Assembly: GCF_001194135.2 (NCBI RefSeq)
Contig: NC_068981.1
Coordinates: 193,045,293 to 193,109,292, forward strand
Direction of reading: 5' to 3'
Origin: Octopus bimaculoides
Taxonomy: Eukaryota
Length of the DNA stretch: 64,000 bases
Part shown: in pieces, positions 52,580 to 64,000 of the stretch
Numbering within the stretch: the stretch's first letter is position 1
How the letters are laid out: each line of letters begins with the position of its first letter
Notes under the pieces: model-generated
What the model saw: the letters and a program-made list of their open reading frames with translations, nothing else
What the model was told of the DNA's origin: nothing
Database searches by the model: none
Made by a program: the position numbers and the translations under genes

Positions 52580-53098
52580 GTATGTATGTATGTATGTATG
52601 TATGTATGTATGTATGTATGTCAATGAATGAAGGATTAAAGTGCTTACAGCTGTTTCTGTTACAAGAAGTAGTGCACTCAGAACAGTGCTTGTGCAATAG
52701 CTTCCTTGGATCCACACACACACATATGCACGCACACACATCATCATCAGCATCTTCATCTAACATCCATTTCCCATGCTGGCAGGAGTTAGACGTTCTG
52801 ACAGGATTCAGTGAGCTGCAGGGCTATGTCAAGCTCCAATCTCAGCTTTGGCATACTTTCTATGGCTGGATGCCCCTCGCAACATCAAAAATAATTTTAG
52901 TACCTACGTTCTTTTGATGAGTTATAAACGTGAAACCATGTGTGCCCAATAATGAGGAATGTTTTGATTAGAAACTGTGTCGATGTCAAAATATATATAT
53001 ATATTGTGATATTTCTCTGCATATTTAAATGTATATGTGCCCTCCCTTATTTGTATATGATGGGTTATATATATATATGTAATACGTACATACATACA

Positions 53099-53134
<36 letters not shown>

Positions 53135-53269
53135 TATCTATATATATATATATATATATATATAGGTATGTATGCATGTATGTATATATTTTTTACATAT
53201 ATAAACCTGTATGCCAACATGGAAGGTGGATGTTAAATGATGATTATGATATATATGTGCATGGGTGCA

Positions 53270-53300
<31 letters not shown>

Positions 53301-53500
53301 ACATATAAAGAGCTAGACAGATAGCCAGACATACCAATGGATGGACAAGCAGACAGATGGACAGATAAATATAACTGTTTTTAAGTTTTTCAATAATTGT
53401 GTTGTAAGAGAAAATTACTTTAATAAGTGACTAAAATAATTCACAACAGCAACAACAAACTAATTCACGTAGAAATTTTGGTAAACTTTAAGTGACTTAC

Positions 53501-53629
53501 CTGTGAAATTATAGAAGAAAGTGGAGGATGAATGGTTTGGAACTGTTAATAAGTAGAATGGTCCCCGGGTTATGAAAACTGTTATCTTGACATAGGAAGC
53601 TGACTCAGTCTCTTGGAGAGAAGACAGTG
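53501..53629 (-). CDS. Candidate orphan internal exon (129 nt, phase 1-1), product unknown
   Basis: Polypyrimidine acceptor cttcctctcttcttacccaccctcccag and donor CAG/GTAAGT. One open frame, LSSLQETESASYVKITVFITRGPFYLLTVPNHSSSTFFYNFT. No homology recognised. Confidence 0.25.
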
Positions 53630-55159
53630 CTGGGAGGGTGGGTAAGAAGAGAGGAAGATAGATCGCCTCTGTGTATGTATATAAGAGAGAGTTAGAGAGA
53701 GAGAGAGTAGGTATATAGGGGTGGAGTGGGGTGGAATGATGTTAAAGGATGTAGAGATAGTTAAATAGATGTGGGAGGAGATAGACAGAGTGTGTTATAG
53801 TTAGAAAAAAAAAAGGGAGGGAAGAGAAAAAGATAACAATGCTAGTAGAGAGGTATGATGGCTGTATAAGATGTAAAAGGGAGTGAGAGGTAAAGATAAA
53901 AGGGAGTGATAAGGAAAGAGAGGGAGAAGAAAACGTAGAAGCTAAAGTAGGAGAAGATAAAGGGAGGTGGTAAAGGGGATGAGAAAGTGTGGGGGGGGGA
54001 ATAAAAGAAGAGAAAAAATGTTTTATAAATGGAACTGTGTGTGTAGAAATTGTTGGGAGGTGGTGTTAGGTGTTGACTAAAGCAACTTACTATCAAATCT
54101 TGCAATATGCCAAAATCTAAACGTCATCAACAGCAACAACAACAACAACAGCAGTAGTGGTAGTACACGTTTCCATAACAACAAGAATTCAATTTGACAA
54201 AATGTCCAAAGTTTAATATTCCTCCCACTCCATGTTATTGAGAATATAATATTGGTCTAATGTTTTATAGAAGGATGGATATTGTTGGGAAGTTGTGATA
54301 TTCATGCTTTTCAGAAGAGCATTTAAGCTGAAAGGGAGGTGTAAAGGAATCAACTGAAGGAAGCTTTAGACCTGCTAAAAAGAACTGCCAAATCTTTTTC
54401 AAATTACACCTAGCTAGCCAAACAAGGAACCTCTATGTGGTTACTAGATTTGCTAGAGATAGGTGCCAAATCTCCCTTAAATCAGAATCTTCTGAGTCAA
54501 CGAGAAAGTCTTCATGTGGTCAATTAATCTGCTAGAAATAATTGCCAAATCTCCCTCAAATCACATCCTACAGAGCCAGCCACTGAACACCCACGTAGAA
54601 CAGCAACTAAGCCTCTTTTGAATTATACCTTGTAATCTTAAAAACAAATAGGAAGGAATGATACATTAGATAATGTAACCCAAGATACATTCAGGTTAAA
54701 ACAAATTCTGCAGATAATGATGTGTGTGTCGATAACAAATAATCTGTTGGAGGAGAATTGGTGGGGATGTTTGGAATAAGCTTAATGCTAGCAGGGAGTG
54801 GAGAATATAATATTTTGAGACCTTAAACCTTTTGAATGAAAATGAAAAAGGGAGAGAAAGGCAGACCAGATAGCTAGCTAGCTAAGCTAGCTAGATAGAG
54901 ATAGAGAGAGAGAGGGGGAGTAGAGAGTGGGGAAAGAGAGAGAGAGAAAGTGGTGCTATCACTTGGGTTGTAAGTTTAAATACAGTGATGAAGGATCTAA
55001 AATGGTGGACTGATGTCTTGACAAATGTTGGGTAGAGGGGTTCTTTTATATTTTTCATTGTTATGGCCTAGAGGAAGGGACTATATCGTTGGTCTTCACA
55101 AATTCTCAAAGACAGGTGATGTAATCTAGAATGTGTGTGTGGGGGGTATTTGAAGAGAA

Positions 55160-55452
55160 AGCACATTGCTTAGTGGTTTGGGTATTTGGCTTACAATTGT
55201 AAGGTCATGAGTTTGATTCCTGGTGGCACATTATGTCCTTGAGCAAGGCACTTCATTTCACATTGCTCCAGTTCACCCAGCTGGCAAAAATGAGTTGTAC
55301 CAGTATTTCACTCTATGTCATGCTGAATCACCCTGGGAACTAGGATATGGGTACATGTGTCTGTGGAGTGCTCAGCCACTTGCACGTTGATTTCATGAAC
55401 AGCCTGTTCCATTGATTAAATCAACTAGAACATGCATCGTCGCAACTGACAA
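55160..55452 (+). mobile_element. SINE family C variant
   Basis: gcacattgcttagtggtttggg...gtccttgagcaaggcacttcatttcacattgctccagttcacccagctgg. Confidence 0.8.
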
Positions 55453-55779
55453 AGTGTGTGTGTGTGTGTGTGTCTGTGTGTGTGTGTAGCACAATCAAAG
55501 TCCCAGAAATGGGGGTGGTACTCTATTGGAAGTCTCATCTGATCTTTAAAAAGGTTAATAGTTGTTGAGGATTGAAGTATTTTCTGGTTCTAAAGAGAAA
55601 GATCAGTCTTTGAGATGTTCAGAAGTGTATTTGTCTGGTGAAATCTAGCGAAGTATTTGGAAGGGTGGTGAGGGTTTTAGCTGTATACTATTATGTTGGA
55701 ATGTGGATGGGGTGTCATGTTGTTCTCTAGGTATGTGAAGTGATTGGTGTTGTTATTATTATCATTACTATTATTATCA

Positions 55780-55824
<45 letters not shown>

Positions 55825-55825
<1 letters not shown>

Positions 55826-56030
55826 GGTGGTGAGTTTGCAGATTCGTTAGCAATCTGGGAGAAATGCTTAGTAGCATTTCATCCGTCTTTACATTCTGAG
55901 TTCAAATTCCACTAAGGTCAACTTTGCCTTTCATCCTTATGGGTTCATAATAGTTAAGCACTGGAGCTGATGTAATCGATTTACCCACTTCTCAGAATTG
56001 CTGGCCTTGTACCAAAATTTGAAACCATTA
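55825..56030 (+). mobile_element. SINE family B inserted after (ATT)n
   Basis: aaggtggtgagtttgcagattcgttagc...aaggtcaactttgcctttcatcc...ccaaaatttgaaaccattatt. Confidence 0.85.
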
Positions 56031-56056
56031 TTATCATTATTAGTAGTATTATTATT

Positions 56057-57055
56057 TAAGACATGGCACAGTATCCAATATCGTGATGTTGTCGATAGAA
56101 GACGTTGTGTCTTCTGGGGGTTTGTACGGTCTATCAAGTCACAACAAGGACCTCACCCAGACAGTACTTTATGCAATATGTGTGCAGTTCCAAGTAATGC
56201 CAATTTTTGAAATACACCTAGATTGTAGAGTGTTTCTAAAGTTTTCAGATTATTATTATTATTATTATTATTATTTTTTTTTTTTTTTAAACTTTTAATC
56301 TGCATGTTTGTTACAGTCACTTGCTGAGACACACCCAATTTCCTGGGGCAAGAGAAGGGTAAGAGATGTTACAATATGACTGAAAGCTTGGGGAGGGGAA
56401 GTAGTGAAATATCTTCATGTAAAACAACACAGACATTTAAATAGATAGGGTTTTTCTAAAGATGTGGGCAGCACTTGTTAGTACAGTCGTTTGGATTTCT
56501 CTGAGACATGGTTCTCCTGGGATCTTATCTAGGTGTTTCTGTCATCCCTTTTTTTTATCATATCTAAGGCACCTACAATTACAGGAACAGTTCTCGTTTT
56601 AAGATGCCACATCTTTTGTATTTCAATTTCCAGGTCTTTATATTTACTTAGTTTGTCAATTTCCTTGACAGATATATTTTTATCAGTGGGAACACTTACA
56701 TCTATTAGTGTACAAGTATTTTCTTCCCTGTCTTTAATAACTATGTCTGGTTGATTAGCCTGGATCATTCAGTCAGTGTTGACTGGAAAATCCCGTTATT
56801 AATTACTATTATTATTATTATTCATGGTATGTGTGAATGCTTTACATTAGGAACCAATGTCCTTGATACCAGGTCACAACCAGTTTCCTTAGATATTGAG
56901 GATCTTTCTTACAATCTTTATTCCCAAAAGAGCAGATTTCAGAATTAATGCAACTCTCATAGTTTCACTAATCTCAATAAAGTAACTGTTATGTCTGACA
57001 GTGACGGTACCCAGAGCACCTATAACATCTGAGATTACTTTTGTAGAAACCCTCC
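56057..57055 (-). mobile_element. Three head-to-tail R4/Dong-like RLE fragments: 56825-57055, 56276-56795, 56057-56248
   Basis: VIGALGT...KSALLGIKIVRKILNI*; QPDIVIKD...LIDVSVP...KLSKYKDLEIEI...AAHIFRKTLSI* plus poly(A); QKLALLGTAHILHKVLSG*. Each is bounded by (AAT)n on the sense strand. Confidence 0.85.
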
Positions 57056-57217
57056 ACAATCTTTGTTGTTGTTATTATTATTATGTTTTTTTTCTTCATC
57101 ATTTCATTATATGCAAACCACCACACTATATGTCTGTCTTTGTATTGTCCCCCTCGTCCGTCGTCCTTGTGGCAAATAAATGAAATCATTACTATTATTA
57201 TTATTATTATTATTATA

Positions 57218-57255
<38 letters not shown>

Positions 57256-57294
57256 GTTTGGCTTTTGCTTTTATTATATTTATTATCATCATCA

Positions 57295-57328
<34 letters not shown>

Positions 57329-57364
57329 GTTTGACTTTTGCTTTTATTATATTTATTATCATCA

Positions 57365-57408
<44 letters not shown>

Positions 57409-58009
57409 TGCTGTTGAAGGAGACATGACTGGCATGATGCCAGAGTCAATACAGACATGACACAGTGTGTCTGGTTTAAACATGGATGATGCTTAGGTGT
57501 GGAACAGAAGTTTAGGATGGAATGAAGGTTGGTACCATCTGTATTGTAGTGAGTGTTGTGGGTGGTGATGGCAATTTAGTCGTTGGTATATAGGAGGAAG
57601 AGTGTGATGACAAAACCCTGAAGCACAGGGCACAGCAGAGTCGATAAAGTGTGGGAGAGAGAGAGAGAGAGAGAGAGAGAAGAGAAAGAAGGAGAAAAAT
57701 TGAGAGTGGATAAGTGAGAAAGAGAATGAGAGAGAGAGGGAGAGAGCAAGAGAAAGAGTTCCTTAGTACACACACTGTGATGGTGTGATCTGGGACATTA
57801 TCAGAGCTGGTAGTATTGATGGTTTGTAGCGACTGAAGATACTTTCTCTCTTGGTGTGAAATTGAGCATAGTGATGAGTCACATGGAGTGGAAAGTCTGA
57901 GTTTTGGTGGATATGTTCTTGGTGAATGCAATGTGGAACTGGATGCAAAGCAGGTAGCAAGTATGGAAGCTTCCTCAGGAGCACTATTCACAGAACCATC
58001 ACCATGATG

Positions 58010-58260
58010 GAAAACATGTTTTCCATGCTGGCCTGAGTTGGATAGTTTGACAGGAGGTGGCAAACTTGAGAGCTGCACCGGGTACCATTATTTGTCTGTT
58101 TTGGTATGACTTTTATGGTTGGAAGAAGCCCTTTCTAAAGTCAACCACTTTGCAGAGTGTGCTGGGTGTTTTTTTACACGGCACCAGCACCAGCAGGGTT
58201 GCCAAGTAGCTTGCAAGACAAAGGCCTCTCAGCTGAGAGAGGGAGTGGAACCAAAAGAAA
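58010..58260 (-). mobile_element. Family D copy nested in the CR1/L2-group LINE
   Basis: ttttccatgctggcctgagttggatagtttgacagg...gccctttctaaagtcaaccactttgcagagtgtg. Confidence 0.75.
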
Positions 58261-60999
58261 TGGCTGTGTGACTGGCAAGAGATGAAAGTCTGATAGAGGG
58301 ACAGAGATACTTGTCTTACAATAGAGGAGACACTTGGCTACTTCAGGATGGAGAAGAACGTGGGAGTGACTTAGGGAGAAAGATAGAGACAGTCATAGAG
58401 AGAGGGGGGGGGAGATTGAGAGAGAGGGAGAGAGAGAAAGAGGGAGAGAGAGAAAGAGAGAGAGGGTGAGTGACAGAGAAATAGATGGTGTTGGAAATGT
58501 ATTGGGGTCTACCCACAGAGAACAGTGGGGGTGGGGTATAAGTAGTACAAAGGGGATAGAAAGGGATGTTCCAAAGAGTGTGAGGGAATATATTTAGTGA
58601 GCTTGAGGAATGTGTCCCCCACCTCTCTGCCACCTCTTCAGATGGCTCAAATGCTGGTCTTGTATGAGTTGCGGTACCAGGAAGAAGAAACCAAACTTGT
58701 AGGGTGGGTGGTTTTCTCCACAAGTTGTATGTTCTATTTTTTCTCTTATCAGAACTTTTGTAGCCTAGCAACATGTAAACTACTTAGTGGTGATGTTGGG
58801 ACTTATTGCAGTGATTTTTTTTTGGGGGGTGGTGGTGGTGGCTGGGTGGATATAGAGGAGTACAGTGAAGTATATATATTATCAAGAGTAGTTAGTGTAG
58901 AACTCGCAGAGCTCCTACCAATCTCCTGACTTGATGTGCCATAACAACTGGTGGGTATGGAACCTTGTGTAGAATGTGGATGTGTGGTTGGTAATGGTGA
59001 TAAGGTTGTGGTTGATCAAGTCAGTAGATACTGGGATGGTTATAGTTTGGTGGAGGATAGGTTTGGAGGTGGGAAAGAGATCAGTGTCATTTGGTGTCTG
59101 ATATTTAGGGATGTATGTAAGGGATGAACATAAATATTTTAAAGAAATAAGGATTTCAAAAGATTCCGTTTCTATACTGAGAATTATCAGCATGGAATGA
59201 GTGTGAGAGCAAAGAAGAGTTATGAACTGCAAAGTCTATGACTCTGGTGAAGAGTGAAGTGAGGCATTGAGGTGGAAGAGTAAATTCTACATATGGATTG
59301 GCATCCCTTTTAAGAGTGAAGTCGATGTGTAATCTGGACAGCAGAGATGGCCTATCTGTAAGGTTCACAAGATTTGTCTTGGAGGGGAATACTACGTGCT
59401 GATTGTGTGTTAGTAAGAATTATTGTTTGAGGACAAGGTTGGATTGGTGTCAATGGATGTTAGAGAACAGGAGGAAGAATTATGTAGCAGTTTTAGAATT
59501 AGTTTTTGGCATCTATGGAAATGTAGAGGATGTCTATATTATGAAATAGGGGTGATTTTTATATGGAGCTGGGTGTGAATGCTTGCTTGGTATAAGCACC
59601 TGTGAGCCAGAAGAGGGTGTTGAACTAAGTGGTGTGATGCACCAGAGCTAAAGCAGTTTTTATCATAAGTCTGAGAGATCAAGCCTAACTTGGGGCTAAA
59701 TAACAAAAATAACAACAACATTCTTGTAGTTTTTATTTTTATGATTTAGTCATAGAAGAGATGGTAGTGCCATTGATCTGTTGTAGTGCTTCTGAAGACG
59801 GTGGTGGGCAAAGAGAAGAAGAAAACCCCAACTCAAGCTTATTCTCAGTCAAGGAACCTGGTCCAAATGCTTACAGCCCTTTCTTTGTAGACATTGATAT
59901 TACACTAAATTTCTCACTCAAATACAAAAAAAAAAATTTCTCACTCAAATACAAAATAGTTTACTCATGTTTCATAATTTCCAAGAGAATTCTTTTCATC
60001 CCTGGTTCACCATCCAATCTCTCGTCCTTCCTCAACCATGGTAACCTCCTCCCTTCCCCCACCTTCAGTAACTGCTCACTTGACCACCTGCCATCTCATA
60101 GCACAACACTTCCCACTAACCGTCAATTGTCTCCCATTGTGAGATCTGTTTCTTAACTGTTGACTTGATTGATAAATCTCTCAGAATCTTTACTTTCAAA
60201 ATAACCATTTTTTTTTACATATAAACCTTCCAGAGTATCTCTCCTATTTCTCATTACTTCAATCTCACTTTTGAGTGTTATCAATTTTGTACATAATATT
60301 TCAGCCTGCCTGCCTGCCTGCCGGTCTATATAAATTACTACATAACTAACTATCTGTGTAATCACTCACCCTGTTAAAAATAGTAGCCAAATGTTCACCA
60401 AATTATATCCTACCATCTTAAAAATAAAAACACAAGCATTTTTACAGTGAGTCTTTCACTTGTGGTTGTCTTTACAATAGTTTACTATTCCTCTTATTGT
60501 TGTTGTTGTTTTGGTGTGTGAGAACATCCCTCGTGATGGTGCAGATGAAACTGGATTATTACCAAATTTTCTTTTTAATATATCTTACAAACAGAGAATT
60601 TCAATACATTAAGATGTTTAACCCAATACCTGGGGTAGATAGAAGATTTGTCTTTCAAACAACATTTTATTCTAATTTCTTATTTTCAATAATCACCATG
60701 TCTTCCTCAATGAGAAATGCAGTGAGTTGTTTGTTAACAAGGAAGGAAACCTTGAAGACAAGGAAGGAAAAACCTTCGAACACATAGATACAAAATCTAA
60801 TGAAGGTAAACAAGATTAAAAAAAAAAAACAGGATAAAAAATATGGTGATAAAACAAAGATACACCTGAAAAAATAAAGTCAAAATTTCATATTTGAAAG
60901 CAAATTTGTTTGACATAAAAGTGATAACAGCAACACCCATACCACATACACGCACATATTTGTTGGCAAACAGAAAATAAAGACAACATTGAAGCTCAT

Positions 61000-62230
61000 A
61001 CATAGACATTAGCATCAAGTGAGAAATACAGACATGAAGACAACAGTTTTACCCAAATCATTGGCAACAGTTTCTAAGCATGATCAGATCACAGCCCTAA
61101 ATAGAGCTGGGGAAAAATCATATTTGAAAGGGACTCAATAGAATTTATTTAAGAATGGGCAATGAGAAAACTGACTTGCTTTGTCCCTTGAAGGGAGGTA
61201 GGGTCTTTATGTCTTCCTTTATACAGTCAGTGAAGGGAAATTCTGACAGATGTAAAGGTAATCATTGTGTACACAGAGTGGGATAAAGCTTATAATATTA
61301 TTTTTCTGACCATCAAGACAAAGGGAAAGGTGCAGTGATAGCCAGGTCTTATGCATAAACCTCACTAAATGAGCTTGAGTCCCAGTACACTGGAGAAGCT
61401 AATATAAAGGTAACAGTTGGAAATCTAGACCCCTGGTTAATTGTTGTCTTTGAAGAGCAATAAAGGTAAGTGAAAGGTGCATAAGGAACAAGGAGCAATA
61501 TATAGTTGGGAGAGATTGCTATGGATTTGCAGGTCTTTATTAATCTTCAATACTGCAGTGCTTTACTACAGCTGTACTCAGTTGACAGAGCAGATGGAGG
61601 GTATAATATGGTACAGAAATAAAAATCAGAGTTTTTAGAGCTGTGATAACAAGAGCCATGTAAGGGCTGTTGTTACCAATGAAGAGCTGGTGGAGCAGAG
61701 AAGAAGGCAAGACAGTAGGAGAAGCAGAAAATTCTAATTGCTAGAGCATAGTTGGTTACAAATCTGGTTGCAGCCCTAGCACAGCCTCTTCATCCTATGA
61801 TGAGCAGAACATATTAGAAGGGAAGCAATAAAGAGTGAACTGGCAGAAAAAAGAGTGAATCCTAATTTAAGCTCACCCAAAAGAGTGAGGAGCTGCCTAT
61901 TTTCACAAAACATCGCTTAGTCATGTGGATTAGAAATAAGGATACAATGAATAAGGTAACTGATGTGGGCCCCTAAGTTTGAGGACAAGTAGTTTATGGA
62001 AGTAGATTTAAGAGAAGTTTTCTAACATTTGAATGATAAACTGTTAATAAAGTGTTCACTAATATGCTAGTTCAAGCCCTCTGGAAACTCTCTAATCAGT
62101 TACCCCTCTGCGCATGTCCACTCCACACCTGCTCACACACACCACACGCACATCGGCAACATTCATCAATTTCTTGAAAAAGGGGTCATAGCCCTGAAAT
62201 ATTGAATACAAGGTAACTCTACATTAATTC
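61000..62230 (+). mobile_element. Possible highly decayed Penelope-like element
   Basis: DKGKGAVI resembles the PLE ADKG motif. The end cttgaaaaaggggtcatagccctgaaatattg resembles a PLE terminal motif. No continuous frame. Confidence 0.25.
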
Positions 62231-62306
62231 ACATATTTGTTTTCTGGTGATTTACCTTGCATTTACTTTGAATTGTTTTGGCCTTACCCACGATCTTTAT
62301 ACAATA

Positions 62307-62348
<42 letters not shown>

Positions 62349-63706
62349 NNNNNNNNNNATACCAGAATAAGCACATAAATGCGAAACAAGGTGGAAAAAA
62401 TAGTACTCGAATGCCAGAGGCAGAGTAATATACATATATTATAGATGGTTTGGTATGCGCATATACTGCTAAATGTATATGTAATCCAACATGAAAATTT
62501 TTTAAGGATATAACTTTTAATGTATTAATTGATTAATATTTTACAGATAATTCTTTACTCTGGCTATTCAGGCTCTGTCCTTCTTTATAAGCTATTTTTG
62601 ATTTAAGGTTTTCTTCAATTTTATAATAAGATGGTTTTAAACTGAAATTTGTTCATTGCATGCAACCGGTCATTGTAAAGACTGTTAGTTGAGAAGACCA
62701 ATGAAACGAAACCATTTTCAAATGTGTATCTATATTAAACTAATTGTATATGTTTGCTTATAACCTTATTTTTGTTCCATTCTAAACAAAACTGTCCAAT
62801 GAAAGGGAACGTGAAACTGGTATGCTTGTATGCATATATGTAAGAATGTACGCTAAATACAAGTTAGCTTGCTTAATATTGTTAGCTGAAAATGTTTTAA
62901 AAGCAGTCAAGATTAAATCTGTAATTGTAAGAATGGTCATTAATATTAATGAAAATTAAATGAGTAAGAGGGAGAACTTAATTGACCCAGAAATTAAACA
63001 GAGAGATGCAGAGTGTGGGATACATGTATGTCACATTCTTCCAGCTTCAGTTTGTTAATAACTCTGCACTCTTAGTGCCCAAAATAATTTCAGGTTTCTA
63101 TTGACCCTTGCATAGCCACTTAAACTACCTCAGAAGTCAATACTGATTACATTGCCACACCCTGGTCTAGAACATATTTCAGAAAGGTTGAGTTAGGTTT
63201 AAGAAAGACAGGATTGTGTCTTCCATCATAATTAACAAAGAGTAACTTAGTAGGAAGGGGCAATAAAAGACTACAAAGTTAACACTGTCTATTACTCAAT
63301 GAAATATGATTAAGACACAAATCATTTGTATTTGGCTGACATCACTCTAGATTTAAAATAGATACAACAAAATCATTTGCGTAATTTGTTTTAGTGCCTT
63401 AGAAAACATTTGTTGGCGATATCCTTACTGTAACCATATTTTATGGGAGGATATTTATAGTGTTACACTAAAATAGAAGACAAGACTGCAGTGTCCGAGA
63501 ATCAATGCTGCTTCTGTTTTGTGGTAGGGATGATATCAGAGATGTTTAGCATTGAGGAAAACAGGTTTCATTTTGGAATAAAATATGACGTAAGCTTCTA
63601 GAGTTATCAGGCACCTGAACCATACAAAAGTTATATTAATTGACTCACCTGCCATTTACTTACTTTGTATATATATATGTGTGTATGTGTGTGTGTATAC
63701 TCATAC

Positions 63707-63737
<31 letters not shown>

Positions 63738-64000
63738 ATTATATGTATTTCTTCTATCTTAATGAATAAAAATTCTTCGGATAGAATAAATGGGTTAATA
63801 GAAACCAATGTAGCAAAGAACACAAAATAACTGTGGTGTAGTTCCTGTTTTTAAGGCAGGAACTCCTTGAAATTTTGAGTATTTGAGTATATTTAAAAAT
63901 TTAAGGAATGGAGAAAACGCATGTTATAATTGCATACTTTATTCCTACATATGTTTCAAAGGATTACAACCTGTGTGATCCATAGGGATCTGTGATATTA

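Larger units (their letters stand above)
55490..59560 (-). mobile_element. Old CR1/L2-group APE-RT LINE, fragmented by nested insertions
   Basis: Collinear minus-strand relics: APE (DFAVHNS; DLINHNLI; WHIKSGDW at about 58900-59400), EEASILATCFAS (57950), QGFVITLFLLYTND (57580-57620), HVSFNSK (57415), then TNHFTYL and RTRKYFNPQQLLT (55520-55750). Confidence 0.75.

Noticed and set aside
60590-60800. Exon-like segments on both strands (EFQYIKMFNPIPGVDRR..., VSFLVNKQLTAF...)
   Set aside because: Mutually exclusive readings, no recognisable homology, and a local 21-nt tandem repeat explains the polypurine tract.

Overview
Repeat-saturated, AT-rich animal DNA with about 3.6 kb of N gaps. The tRNA-derived SINE families, RTE tail repeats and extreme microsatellite density point to a coleoid cephalopod, probably Octopus (inference from recalled repeat families, not a database match). 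No protein-coding gene can be supported: nearly all listed ORFs are microsatellite or N-gap read-through, or decayed transposon ORFs. The window is intronic or intergenic. It holds RTE, CR1/L2-group, HERO-like and R4/Dong-like LINE relics, mariner/Tc1 and hAT relics and MITEs, at least four SINE-like families, and a decayed 28S rRNA fragment. The most distinctive structures are: (1) two head-to-tail clusters of 5'-truncated R4/Dong-like retrotransposons from several subfamilies, each docked in (AAT)n in the same orientation, one cluster nested inside an older LINE; (2) a separate RLE family docked in (ACAT)n; (3) a PHD-like Cys/His finger inside the RT of an RTE LINE whose 3' end is dispersed more than 10 times and fused to a SINE head; (4) a 1.86-kb inverted repeat with about 315-bp arms and two compact foldback hairpins. 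I found no evidence of a wholly new gene system. Repeat boundaries are approximate unless TIR/TSD positions are stated.
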